Source: Promethearchaeota archaeon
GTDB lineage: Archaea; Asgardarchaeota; Hermodarchaeia; Hermodarchaeales; Hermodarchaeaceae
Assembly: GCA_048938385.1 (NCBI GenBank)
Contig: JBHLMG010000020.1
Location: 1 to 45,078 of the forward strand
Length of the DNA: 45,078 bases
Direction of reading: 5' to 3'
Each line of letters begins with the position of its first letter. The first letter of the stretch is position 1. The notes below the pieces were generated by a model. The model was not told the DNA's origin. It saw only the letters and a program-made list of their open reading frames with translations, and searched no databases. The translations under genes and the position numbers were made by a program. Positions 10,036 through 19,595 of this stretch are shown one piece after another.

Positions 10036-10884
10036 GCCCATACTCAAAAGAAGCAAGATGGCAATGCTCAGATAGGCCACAATGAAGCTCACGAATGCAG
10101 CTTTATCCAGGCGCAATATTTTGGCTTGACTGACAGCAACCGTCAGGATGGCAAGTGCCCATGCTTGGCTAAATAAGAAAAGTCCTCGAAGTAGCCATCC
10201 AAACCAAACAAGTTCTAACTGCCATTGAAGGTTTTCATTGAGAAACCAGATTGCAGCAAAGATCATGAAGGGAATTGCCGAAATTACTGTGCCTGTTAAA
10301 AGATTGATGTTTCCAGTTTTTCTTTGAAATAACGCTAGACACAACACGGCAATTAGAGCAAAAATAGCCAACCAATTCAAGAAAAATTGGCCAACGGAAA
10401 AAGGTAGTAGTGGGTTTTGAGGGACATAAAAGAGTAGAATTGGTTGAAGACCTGAAACAAAGCCCATCCAGGCGCCAAATAACAACAAGAGAATGGCTAT
10501 CGGAATTTGTCGTCGCCAATCGCCATTGAGGTGTGGCCAAAGCCAGTCAAATAGGAATGCGGTTTTAAGTACTGTATAGAGCTTGGCGAAAGGAGTCTGA
10601 GGTGTGACCTTGCTTTTCACATGAAGCGTGTCACCGGTGGTGAGGAGCCGGTATGCTTCTTTGCCTTTTGTACTGAGCCGATATTTATGGTCTTCAGTCT
10701 GTTCAATTAGTCCTCCAAGGTTGTCGAGATGATAATATAATTTTCCCGGACCAAGGTTTAGGAGTTCTTTGAGTTCTGTGGACCCTAGGAATTCTTGGGA
10801 ATCTAAAAGTTCGACTATTTGTCGACGGATCGGATGGTTAAGTGCGTGATAGATTTTTTGCCGATCCTTTTTCATATGCTCCAA
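10030..10884 (-). CDS. ArsR-like winged-HTH regulator fused to a multi-pass membrane domain
   Basis: ALNHPIRRQIVELL...LGPGKLYYHLDNL...YRLSTKG, then ~5-6 TM helices; start may be ATG 10875. Confidence 0.85.
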   Translation of the reverse strand: MEHMKKDRQKIYHALNHPIRRQIVELLDSQEFLGSTELKELLNLGPGKLYYHLDNLGGLIEQTEDHKYRLSTKGKEAYRLLTTGDTLHVKSKVTPQTPFAKLYTVLKTAFLFDWLWPHLNGDWRRQIPIAILLLLFGAWMGFVSGLQPILLFYVPQNPLLPFSVGQFFLNWLAIFALIAVLCLALFQRKTGNINLLTGTVISAIPFMIFAAIWFLNENLQWQLELVWFGWLLRGLFLFSQAWALAILTVAVSQAKILRLDKAAFVSFIVAYLSIAILLLLSMGF

Positions 10885-11054
10885 CTCAAATAATATGCTA
10901 GAAAATTTTAATTCTGAAGCAAATCGAAAAATTTCTTGTAAAAAGCTTTGTAAATTACTAATGAGATTTGGATGCTCAATTAGAAAACCGCAGATGGTTT
11001 GAGTAAAAGGCGTGGATTTTCGGCTTCTGGAACTAAAAAACTCGTTTTTTGAGC

Positions 11055-11089
11055 GTTATCCGCTATTTCATTTTATTTCGAAGACCTAT
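11055..11089 (+). repeat. Dispersed intergenic element, left-half copy
   Basis: GTTATCCGC at 11055, TTCGAAGACCTAT at 11077 (22-nt offset). Confidence 0.65.
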
Positions 11090-11195
11090 TTGAAGAGGTT
11101 CTGAAGGGGACAAGATGTCAGGTTCGAGAATTCATCGATTTAGGCAACGCCCAATTTGTAGCCATTGTTGAAAAAACAGGCAATGGCGCCTTATT

Positions 11196-11828
11196 CTACG
11201 CTCGATTACTATGGTTTGGGTATCCTATTGTTTGTGCGAACAGTATACGCTGATTAGGATGTAGTTTGAATTCCGCGTGGATACTGTCCTTTTCACAATT
11301 ATGGAACCAAGTCGCTAGTCCCTCTGAAGCAGCAAAAAGGTAGATGTTTTGGGCGATAAATCCGGTAGCTGTGTAATAGTACGATTTCTGAACTTCGGGA
11401 TCCCCGATGCTTGGATCCGGTTGGTTCGATCCGAGATCATAGCGGGTAAGATCTACAACATAGAAAATATTAACCGGCGTATGGCGCGTGAGGCTAGCTG
11501 CCCTGCGGCTGCAGGACAGTGTACGAAAGTCCCTTGCGGAAATAGGAGTCAGTCGATGAGCAAGTGCCTCATACAAATATAGACCCCCCTTCAATGCCAC
11601 ATAAAGATCAATTTCTTGGGAATTACTAGCCGAAGGCGCGGTCCGTCCTGGTTTGTTAAAAGCCGCGGTTTCACGGTTTACGCCAAAGGCAGCCCAAAGG
11701 AGGTTAGAGAGAACCTGCAGGGAGAGCTCTCTTGAACCAATATTTCGCTTCGTCTGCCTGAGTTGTAAAGCTTCTAGTACCGTTTTACCACCTTTTCGTA
11801 TAGGTTCTGGCAAAATAATTGGATCCAT
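11196..11828 (-). CDS. Nitroreductase family (SagB/ThcOx-like) FMN oxidoreductase
   Basis: LSNLLWAAFG, RTAPSA, GFIAQNIYLFAASEGL, TIGYP. Confidence 0.9.
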   Translation of the reverse strand: MDPIILPEPIRKGGKTVLEALQLRQTKRNIGSRELSLQVLSNLLWAAFGVNRETAAFNKPGRTAPSASNSQEIDLYVALKGGLYLYEALAHRLTPISARDFRTLSCSRRAASLTRHTPVNIFYVVDLTRYDLGSNQPDPSIGDPEVQKSYYYTATGFIAQNIYLFAASEGLATWFHNCEKDSIHAEFKLHPNQRILFAQTIGYPNHSNRA

Positions 11829-11845
11829 TATCTACACCTTGTCTC

Positions 11846-12670
11846 CTAATTTTGTTCCCATTTCTGGTAGACCGCCTCGATGCCATCACCGACGACTTCG
11901 ATGTCCGTAATCTCACCCATACCAGCCTCATAGAGCCACCGAATGTGATCGACAGCGTAGGGGTCGATGCCAATACACCGTGCTGCTGTGGCGTCTGCCG
12001 CGACTGGGTCGACACTAGCGATGATGGTGTCCATCTTTACCGGGGTACCACTCCATGGGCCCCGACCTGACTTGCCGTAGAAGCCGTCGATAACACTGAG
12101 TGTGGGTGGAAGGGTCGTGCAGACATCGTAGACGAGGTTACTCGTTCCGTGTTTGTGAAGACCGTATTTGTTACGGGTCGTGAGCATACCGAACATGTTC
12201 TTCAATCCCATTGTAATTGTGGTATGGTGCAGCGTCTTCATTGATGGCACCGAGATGATGGCAGATTCTACAGCGAGACGGGCCACCTTGAAAGTCTTTA
12301 TTCCCCGAGGTTTGTTGACTTTTAGTTCGACTTTATCGTCGAGGTTCTCCATGTTGATGTACTTGGAACCTAACCGCTCAATTACTTCCATCATCCCGGT
12401 CTCAATGATTGCGTCGTCCGGTGAGGTTGTTCCGCCCTCTGTCTCAACCACTACTACTTTCTTGTCGAGTTCCTGGAGCTTCATGATCACGGCTTCTACC
12501 ACGATGGGATCGGTTGTTATTCCGGTCTCGAAGGTGTGACCAGTGATCAGGTTTGGTTTCACTAAGACAGTGTCATACGGCTCGAGCGCCTCCCTGAACG
12601 GGATTAATTCCATTGCCCTGAACACAGGTTCAACACCCCGTTCTCCTTTAACAACGGCTACCACGGACAT
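11846..12670 (-). CDS. DUF362 domain protein
   Basis: VLVKPNL, TTDP, KTLHHTTITMGLKNMFG, GPWSG, DPVAADA; 17 bp upstream of the nitroreductase (probable operon). Confidence 0.9.
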   Translation of the reverse strand: MSVVAVVKGERGVEPVFRAMELIPFREALEPYDTVLVKPNLITGHTFETGITTDPIVVEAVIMKLQELDKKVVVVETEGGTTSPDDAIIETGMMEVIERLGSKYINMENLDDKVELKVNKPRGIKTFKVARLAVESAIISVPSMKTLHHTTITMGLKNMFGMLTTRNKYGLHKHGTSNLVYDVCTTLPPTLSVIDGFYGKSGRGPWSGTPVKMDTIIASVDPVAADATAARCIGIDPYAVDHIRWLYEAGMGEITDIEVVGDGIEAVYQKWEQN

Positions 12671-12918
12671 AGCTCTACTTACCTAATGTCAGATATTAAA
12701 ATTCAACATTGAGGAGGAACAGGTGTATCGTGATTCTAAAAATGGCTCACAAAAATTGAATTCACTGTGTCTCCTGCATATCGATTGGGTGTGCGTACAT
12801 GTTGTATAGAATGTATATATTATTCCGAAAGCCTTTTTTGAAATCACCAATGGAGGAATGTCGTTCTTTAAGTCGATGTTTACTTCATACAATATTACAA
12901 TTAGAATTGGTGAAATGA

Positions 12919-13347
12919 ATGCAGTCTTCAAAACATGTCATTGATGTAGCAAGAAGAAAAGTAGTCTCAGGAAAGCCAGATGACCCCCTCTCAATGATAG
13001 CCAAAAGCATGTTGGATCATTGGATTAGCAGTGTGGTTATCGTAGAAGGGGGGAAACCTGTGGGGATTGTGACTGACGGCATCATATTCAGACTAATTGC
13101 GAAAAAACGGAATCCGTTGAACCTGTCGGCTAAGGATGTTATGGCACACCCCGTTCTCACAATCCATGAAGATGCGAGGTTAGATGAAGCGGAAGACGCC
13201 TTTCATAAATCCAATGTGAGTCGATTAGTTATTGTAGATGATAAGGGACAGGTTAAGGGCATTGTTAGCAAAAAGGATATTGACCGATTTGGCGCCTACT
13301 CGCTTGCAGAAAAGCTTCTCCATCATCGGCATGAAACATTAGATTGA
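12919..13347 (+). CDS. Stand-alone CBS-pair protein
   Basis: VVIVEGGKPVGIVTD and LVIVDDKGQVKGIVS; GGTGA SD. Confidence 0.9.
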   Translation: MQSSKHVIDVARRKVVSGKPDDPLSMIAKSMLDHWISSVVIVEGGKPVGIVTDGIIFRLIAKKRNPLNLSAKDVMAHPVLTIHEDARLDEAEDAFHKSNVSRLVIVDDKGQVKGIVSKKDIDRFGAYSLAEKLLHHRHETLD

Positions 13348-13565
13348 TTTTAGGTTCACCGATAGGGGCGACTCACCGATCTATGTCAAGATCACTTTGA
13401 TAACTGTAACTAAGTAAGTGAAAGGCAGTCTTTGTTTTATTCCACATTATAAAACAATAGGCGGATCTTTCTCAATTTCTAAACTAATAGTGTAAACAAA
13501 TACTTTTTATTAATGATCGATTTTGGGTGCGAATTCATTCATTCTAGAACGATGGAGGAATCGTA

Positions 13566-14633
13566 TTGAGTAAATCAAATGAGGCGCCAGAATCAACTTC
13601 AAGCAGTTCTTCTCTGGAAATGCAAGATTCAGATATGGGGTCTTGGCAACAGCGTATAGCCGCAATAACAGAAGTTACGGGATTATACCTAATTTTTGGG
13701 ACATTGGCTCTTCTCGTCCTCCTGTTTTCTGGCGTTGACTTTGGAGCAGTGATTCCTTCAGGACCAAATCCTGATTATCTGGGCGCATCCTTCACCTTAT
13801 TGATCATCCTACTCATTCAGTATGCGTTTCTTTTGATTCCTGCATTTTTGATTGGTTGGTGGCATCGAAGACGCCCTGTGAAGTCGTATGGGGTTACACG
13901 AAATTCACGACCGGTCATTCGGTTAGTCTTGTTTGGTGTCGTAGGCTTTGCTCTCGGTGATCTGGTGTTTAAGCTTGTCAAATGGGCCCAACTATACCTC
14001 CCGTTTCTGGGTCCCATTCCCCCTACTCAGCCATGGATTTTAACAGCGGACTGGACGCATTGGGGGTTCTGGCTGTATATGGCGATAGGCAGCTTTGTAC
14101 TGGTTCCCATATTAGAAGAGCTATTCTTCAGAGGCTATTTACAAACACGCCTCGCTGAAGATTTTGGCGGTCCAACCGCAGTGTTAATTTCTAGTTCAAT
14201 CTTTACCTTTGGACATGCCCAATTTCTCTTTCTTAGCTTTTTTGGCATCAGCAGTGTTATTGCAGCTTTTATCGGTTCCCTGATCTTTGGATATCTGTAT
14301 TACAGGACTAAGTCGTTGATTCCGTCTATCCTTATGCACATGTTAGCTAACATACCCCTTAGAGAACCCGGCATTACAATTCTACTCATAGTTATGATAG
14401 CCATCATTCTTGTGTCTTACAAGCTACTGAATCGCTATTTACGAGAATTTTGGCGAGACATTCGATCAATACCGTTCAAGTGGGTTGCCATCGGCTTTTC
14501 AGTTTACGGAGCCATTTTCATGGCCCTCTTTGGCTACTATGTTACGGCAATTTTCATCGTAGGTTTCGTCTCATTACCACTAGCCTTGATCCTTGAGTTC
14601 ATCGAAAAGAGGCGCCTTAAAGCTGCAAGATAG
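13566..14633 (+). CDS. CPBP/Rce1-like intramembrane glutamic metalloprotease
   Basis: EELFFRG, FTFGH and HMLAN motifs in a multi-TM protein; GGAGG SD. Confidence 0.9.
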   Translation: MSKSNEAPESTSSSSSLEMQDSDMGSWQQRIAAITEVTGLYLIFGTLALLVLLFSGVDFGAVIPSGPNPDYLGASFTLLIILLIQYAFLLIPAFLIGWWHRRRPVKSYGVTRNSRPVIRLVLFGVVGFALGDLVFKLVKWAQLYLPFLGPIPPTQPWILTADWTHWGFWLYMAIGSFVLVPILEELFFRGYLQTRLAEDFGGPTAVLISSSIFTFGHAQFLFLSFFGISSVIAAFIGSLIFGYLYYRTKSLIPSILMHMLANIPLREPGITILLIVMIAIILVSYKLLNRYLREFWRDIRSIPFKWVAIGFSVYGAIFMALFGYYVTAIFIVGFVSLPLALILEFIEKRRLKAAR

Positions 14634-14800
14634 AATACGATTGAAAACGATTTATCAAACCAAGACCTTCCATATTTTCAAATTATTGAAGAGTTCACTA
14701 TCAGTACAAAAGGAAGGCTGACCAAGAGGTTGATCAGCGAATATAATGGGAGGGCATTGGTTGAATGGTGATTTTCCATCAAAGCACCAGCAAATTTCGT

Positions 14801-14835
14801 ATTATTCGTTTTTTCTTCTGCGTTCGAAGATGTAT
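14801..14835 (+). repeat. Dispersed intergenic element, left-half copy
   Basis: ATTATTCG at 14801, TTCGAAGATGTAT at 14823 (22-nt offset); lies between convergent genes. Confidence 0.5.
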
Positions 14836-14851
14836 ACGCTAGTTTTTGATA

Positions 14852-15037
14852 TTATGGTTTCGTTTCTTTTTGCTCATCTTTGGTTTCGTAGTCTTTAGAC
14901 CACCCGATATCGGTTCGCTTGACACGTTCGCCAGATATCAGTACATATTCACGGTTCTTACGAGATCGTGGTCGACGTTGTAAATCTCGTATCACGCGTT
15001 CTTCTTCGTTTTTTTCAGTGTTTTGTTCTTCGCTCAT
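14852..15037 (-). CDS. Small charged hypothetical protein (61 aa)
   Basis: ATG preceded by AGGAGATGA; acidic ends and Arg-rich core; directly downstream of the csp gene. Confidence 0.65.
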   Translation of the reverse strand: MSEEQNTEKNEEERVIRDLQRRPRSRKNREYVLISGERVKRTDIGWSKDYETKDEQKETKP

Positions 15038-15167
15038 ATTCTATCATCTCCTATATTGTAAGGGGGGTGCACAATCAAGCTCAGTGTCCGTTTTCATGTG
15101 ATTTTGGGGAATAATACATGTTAGATTGGGGCGTTGAGATTGATTGGGTCGTGGGTTGATGGATGGT

Positions 15168-15362
15168 CTATTCGACTACGACATTTGTGGCTTTTTGTCC
15201 GCGGTCGCCGTCTTGGATTTTGAAGGTAACTTTGTCACCTTCTTTGAGCAGTTGGGCACCTTCGACTTCACTGCCGTGTACGAAAACATCGGTGCCAGTT
15301 TCGCGTTCGATGAAGCCGTAGTTGCGGTCGGGATTAAACCATTTGACTGTGCCTTTTACCAT
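15168..15362 (-). CDS. csp: Cold-shock domain protein (CspA family)
   Basis: KGTVKWFN, RNP1 NYGFI, RNP2 DVFVH, ATNV; ATG 15362 preceded by GAGGTGA. Confidence 0.95.
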   Translation of the reverse strand: MVKGTVKWFNPDRNYGFIERETGTDVFVHGSEVEGAQLLKEGDKVTFKIQDGDRGQKATNVVVE

Positions 15363-15625
15363 AGTGTTCACCTCGATTCACTTGAGTTGAGATGGGGTTA
15401 TCTCTCAGAGATAGGTGGCTGTGTCACGCAACCGTGCTGTTCCAGTGAATGCGATTCATGGGAATAGCTGCCTAGCATGATAAGCTAAAGCTCTTCAAAA
15501 AAAGAAACTAAATCCTATTTGCTAACAAAAAGATGGAAGCACGAGTGTGTTTATAGGTGTTTCTCTTCTGAGCCGAAAGTAGTGGTTTGTTACGCATTTA
15601 GGTGCTGCAACTTGTTTTCGGAGGT

Positions 15626-15661
15626 GTTATTTTTAGCTAGGCATTAGTGTCGAAGATAAAT
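15626..15661 (+). repeat. Dispersed intergenic element, left-half copy
   Basis: GGTGTTAT with GTTAT at 15626, GTCGAAGATAAAT at 15649 (23-nt offset). Confidence 0.55.
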
Positions 15662-15748
15662 ATTCTATTAGAAAGCGTTTTGAAGGAAGAAATGGCATAG
15701 AGTTTCCGAATCACCTTTGATTCGCATAAAAAGGGAGGTGATAGTTGA

Positions 15749-16552
15749 GTGAATTCTAAAGGAATTGCAGCAATCGCTTTAATCATCGGTATAGTAGCAG
15801 GCTTTACAGGCGGATGGTTTGCCCCCGCGATTATTCCTCTACCGCCATCCCCCACTATGGTACAAATTATTCAGCAACGCGGTTACCTCATCGTTGGAAC
15901 TGATGTCCCATGGCCGCCCTTTGAAATCTATAATACTACTACAAGTCAGTACGAAGGCTTTGATATCGACTTGGCAACCATGGTCGCAGACTACCTTAAT
16001 GTCTCAGTGCAATTCGTGGACATGGACTTCGATGCCTTGATTCCCGCATGTCAGCAGGGCGATCTCGACATGCTTGCATCGGCAATGTTCGTCACGCCAG
16101 AACGAGCAGAAGAACTGGCTCATTCAATACCGTATATTCGTGTCAACGAGGTTGTGATTGTGAAGAACGCGTCAACACTAACAATAAGTGATCTAGAGGA
16201 CCTTGAGGGTTACACAGTGGGTGTTCAGACGGGAACTGCAGAAGATTGGGAAATCCAAGATCTCATTGATGCAGGTTTCGCTATAACTCGTGTAGCATAT
16301 CCTAAAGCAGACTTGCTCATCAACGACCTTGTAGCAGACAACATTGATTGTGCCTATGTTGACGAACCAGTTTTGGACTTCTATAAAGATGTCTACAACC
16401 TCAAGAAAATCCTTACAGTACTAGCGCCACCTACTGTCTTCTACTGTCGTTGGGACTCGCCTTCACTGATGTTCGCAATTAATAAAGTGATTTACACTGC
16501 ATACATTGACGGAACATTGGACGCACTCGTTGAACAGTGGTTCGGAGGATAA
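15749..16552 (+). CDS. Polar amino-acid ABC transporter substrate-binding protein
   Basis: N-terminal TM anchor; VGTDVPWPPFE, GFDIDL, VGVQTGT; GGAGGTGA SD. Confidence 0.92.
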   Translation: MNSKGIAAIALIIGIVAGFTGGWFAPAIIPLPPSPTMVQIIQQRGYLIVGTDVPWPPFEIYNTTTSQYEGFDIDLATMVADYLNVSVQFVDMDFDALIPACQQGDLDMLASAMFVTPERAEELAHSIPYIRVNEVVIVKNASTLTISDLEDLEGYTVGVQTGTAEDWEIQDLIDAGFAITRVAYPKADLLINDLVADNIDCAYVDEPVLDFYKDVYNLKKILTVLAPPTVFYCRWDSPSLMFAINKVIYTAYIDGTLDALVEQWFGG

Positions 16553-16556
16553 AACT

Positions 16557-17243
16557 ATGCAAGAACTCCCGAGTCTTTTTGCCATCGCGATTTACATTCT
16601 CGTCATGGGAGCGCCCGCAACACTTCAACTCACAGCTCATGGTCTAATATGGGGATTTGTAATTGGTCTTGGACTTGCTCTCATGCGTGTTTATGGTGGT
16701 AGAGAACTTGGGTGGATTGCAAGCGGTTATGAGAAAGTGTTGCGGGGTATTCCCCTAATTGTTCTAATGTTCATCTTTGCGTTTGGAATACCAGGGCTTT
16801 TTTGGTTTGTCCCGATACTCCAGAGAGGTCTAGCAGCCGTGATTCTATCTCTTGCTCTACGCAGCTCAGCATATCAATCCCAGATACTCCGCGGAGCGAT
16901 TTTATCCGTGGACCCGGGACAACTGCTAGCTGCTCGGGCACTAGGAATGAGCCAACTCCAGGCATTTAGAAGCATAGTATTACCTCAAGCCCTCCGCATG
17001 GCTGTTCCTAGCTGGTCCAACGAATACGCTGTAGTCATTAAAGATTCGTCCTTTGCTTATGCGCTAGGGAATATCGAGATGTTGAAAATCGCGTGGTATG
17101 TGTCCTCGAACTTTCCGATTCTTTGGGCGCCAGCAATGGGGATTACAGCCATTATTTACTTTATCTTCACATACCCTTTTACGAGGTTCTTTGGTGAACG
17201 ACAAACCAAAAAACTCAAGGAATTAGGTTTAGGAGGCGGTTAG
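16557..17243 (+). CDS. Polar amino-acid ABC transporter permease
   Basis: RGIPL, SAYQSQILRGAI, AARALGMS, LPQA; ATG 16557 with GGAGG SD. Confidence 0.92.
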   Translation: MQELPSLFAIAIYILVMGAPATLQLTAHGLIWGFVIGLGLALMRVYGGRELGWIASGYEKVLRGIPLIVLMFIFAFGIPGLFWFVPILQRGLAAVILSLALRSSAYQSQILRGAILSVDPGQLLAARALGMSQLQAFRSIVLPQALRMAVPSWSNEYAVVIKDSSFAYALGNIEMLKIAWYVSSNFPILWAPAMGITAIIYFIFTYPFTRFFGERQTKKLKELGLGGG

Positions 17244-17245
17244 CA

Positions 17246-18034
17246 GTGGCAGAAGAGGTGTTGCGTGCAGAAAATATTTGGAAAGCGTATGGAGATCTTC
17301 AGGTCTTAAAAGGCATCTCATTTGGCGTCGCTGAATCTGAGGTAAAGGTCATCTTTGGTCCTAGTGGTTCTGGGAAGAGCACGCTTCTTCGCTGCCTTAA
17401 CATGTTAGATCCACCAGATAAGGGAGAAGTGTTTCTTTCTGGAAACAGCTTGATGGAACCTGGAATCAATTTGAACGCAGAACGGTCAAAGATAGGAATG
17501 GTGTTCCAACACTTCAACCTTTTTGCGCATCTTAAGGCGATAGATAATGTCAGCATCGGACCTCGACGTGTACTCGGCTTGCCAAAGGAAGAGGCCCAGG
17601 ATAAGGCATACGACGCGCTGTGTAAGGTGAAGATGGAAAAATGGGCTAATCACTATCCAGCTCAGTTATCCGGAGGTCAGCAGCAACGTGTAGGCATTGC
17701 ACGAGCTCTAGTTATGGACCCAGTACTAGTTCTGTTTGATGAACCTACTTCAGCCTTGGATCCTGAGCTAATTGGCGAAGTACTTCAAGTAATGCTTGAT
17801 ATTGCTAAACAAGGCACAACTATGGTGGTGGTCACCCATGAAATGGGATTTGCGCGAGCAGTCTCAAGTGAAATGATTTTCATGGATGAAGGGGTCGTTG
17901 TTGAACGAGGAACTCCGAAACACTTCGCTTCATCACCTAAATCCGACCGGGTGAGGCGATTTCTTAAACGTCTCGAGGTATTGTACGGGAGCCACCAAGA
18001 ACTACTTGAGCCCTTAGGAGAGGAGGAACCCTAG
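17246..18034 (+). CDS. Polar amino-acid ABC transporter ATP-binding protein (GlnQ-like)
   Basis: GPSGSGKS, LSGGQQQR, LFDEPTSALDPE, VTHEMGFA. Confidence 0.95.
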   Translation: MAEEVLRAENIWKAYGDLQVLKGISFGVAESEVKVIFGPSGSGKSTLLRCLNMLDPPDKGEVFLSGNSLMEPGINLNAERSKIGMVFQHFNLFAHLKAIDNVSIGPRRVLGLPKEEAQDKAYDALCKVKMEKWANHYPAQLSGGQQQRVGIARALVMDPVLVLFDEPTSALDPELIGEVLQVMLDIAKQGTTMVVVTHEMGFARAVSSEMIFMDEGVVVERGTPKHFASSPKSDRVRRFLKRLEVLYGSHQELLEPLGEEEP

Positions 18035-18037
18035 CTC

Positions 18038-18859
18038 ATGCTTCAACTCATCAGTGATCTAATTGAAGACCTCCTTAAAGTGATGCCATACTGGCCTCAT
18101 ATCCTTGAAGGGCTCTGGCGAACGCTATGGTTGTATTTTGGCGCGCTCATTATTGGGTTTTTTATTGGTCTTTTGCTCGCAATAACACGGCAATATGGCG
18201 GACGGATTTTCTCACGGATAGCCACGGGATACATCGAGCTTTTGCGGGGAACACCTCTGCTCGCGCAATTATTCCTCATTTACTTTTTACCTTCGAGCAT
18301 CAATGCGTGGCTCGAATTACAAGGTCTTCCTACGATCCAAACCGCATTTAGTATCTCAATTATTGATTGGCTAGGTCGAAGGGTCACGCTTCTTGACCAT
18401 CGAATGATAGCTACCCTCGTTATGCTAAGTTTAAACAGTGCTGCTTACCAGGCAGAATATATCCGTGGATCTATAGCATCAATCAGTGCTGGACAACTGC
18501 TGGCCGCTCGATCAGTTGGAATGTCACAAACTGGAGGAATCCGCCATGTAATTTTACCTCAGGCTTTACGCCGTGCGATTCCATCATGGTCCAATGAAGC
18601 CGTATATCTTCCAAAGTTTACCGTTGTTGGATATTTCATTGGAGTAGAAGAACTCTTTGCCAAAGCCCACCTCATCGCCTCCGCGACCTTCGTTACTCTC
18701 GCTATATATGGCATTGTTGCGATAATATTTCTCCTCCTAATCTCGGCCCTTTCCTTTGTTTTGGACTATGTTCACAAAAGAACCAAGATACCGGGAATGT
18801 TTGAACCGACCGCGCTTTCGGCAGAGAGAGGTGGTACACTCCTAATCCCTGCGCCCTAA
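18038..18859 (+). CDS. Polar amino-acid ABC transporter permease
   Basis: RGTPLLAQL, SAAYQAEYIRG, LPQA. Confidence 0.92.
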   Translation: MLQLISDLIEDLLKVMPYWPHILEGLWRTLWLYFGALIIGFFIGLLLAITRQYGGRIFSRIATGYIELLRGTPLLAQLFLIYFLPSSINAWLELQGLPTIQTAFSISIIDWLGRRVTLLDHRMIATLVMLSLNSAAYQAEYIRGSIASISAGQLLAARSVGMSQTGGIRHVILPQALRRAIPSWSNEAVYLPKFTVVGYFIGVEELFAKAHLIASATFVTLAIYGIVAIIFLLLISALSFVLDYVHKRTKIPGMFEPTALSAERGGTLLIPAP

Positions 18860-18978
18860 TTGGTGGACCAGCCGAATTCTTATGCAGATTTTTGGCTTTC
18901 AGGAGAGGAGGCTAAGGCATGGCTTTTTTTATTTGCCAGCAGATGTGTCGTTTCCTGTCTTAAAATGGCGAGGTAGTA

Positions 18979-19296
18979 TCAGAGTTTCATCGCAGCTCTG
19001 ACTTCATAGTGTTGTGAGTAGGCGTCAAATCGGGAAAGCAAGGCTCGTGCTTGGTGTGGAACCACAGCGGCTTCATAGTCTTCTCCTGCAAAGGTCTTTA
19101 CTGCTTTAAGGTTGTCGAACCACATGATCGTTACGAACTCGACTTCATTGTTCAGAGTTCGACGGAAGAGGTGGATGCCTCGATAACCTTGTATTTGTCG
19201 ATCGCGGATATTGGTGAAGATTTCGCGTTTCAGTAAATTCTCGTAAGCTTCAGCGTTTGCTAGGGTTGTCCAGCCATGCCAAACTCGACTAATCAT
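18979..19296 (-). CDS. Antibiotic biosynthesis monooxygenase (ABM)-like protein
   Basis: MISRVWHGWT...EFVTIMWFD...FAGEDYEAAVVP pattern; alternative start at 19311. Confidence 0.85.
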   Translation of the reverse strand: MISRVWHGWTTLANAEAYENLLKREIFTNIRDRQIQGYRGIHLFRRTLNNEVEFVTIMWFDNLKAVKTFAGEDYEAAVVPHQARALLSRFDAYSQHYEVRAAMKL

Positions 19297-19595
19297 GTTC
19301 AACTTCTCCATTTGGGGTTGTTTCGTGTTTAGCTATGATGCAGGTGCTGTAAAGTTCGAAGGTAATTCGATGGTACTGGTGATTTGGGCGACCACATTGT
19401 ATCGTTTTTTGGAGGTATCCTTCCAGCATCTAAGGTGAAGGCGCCAATCGGTTAATGGTGATTTCGTTCCCAGGCTCTTTTCACTGAGAGATATTCACTA
19501 AGGTGGCTTTTTCGGTACTTAACCTTTGAGTCTCTGGGCGTCAATAGGTTTTTCCGATAACTAGCGGATATGAGTGTTCTACGAGGGACCACGCT

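Noticed and set aside
13566-14633. CPBP protease as the CAAX-processing partner of the Rab-like GTPase
   Set aside because: The GTPase has no C-terminal Cys motif, and the genes are 30 kb apart.
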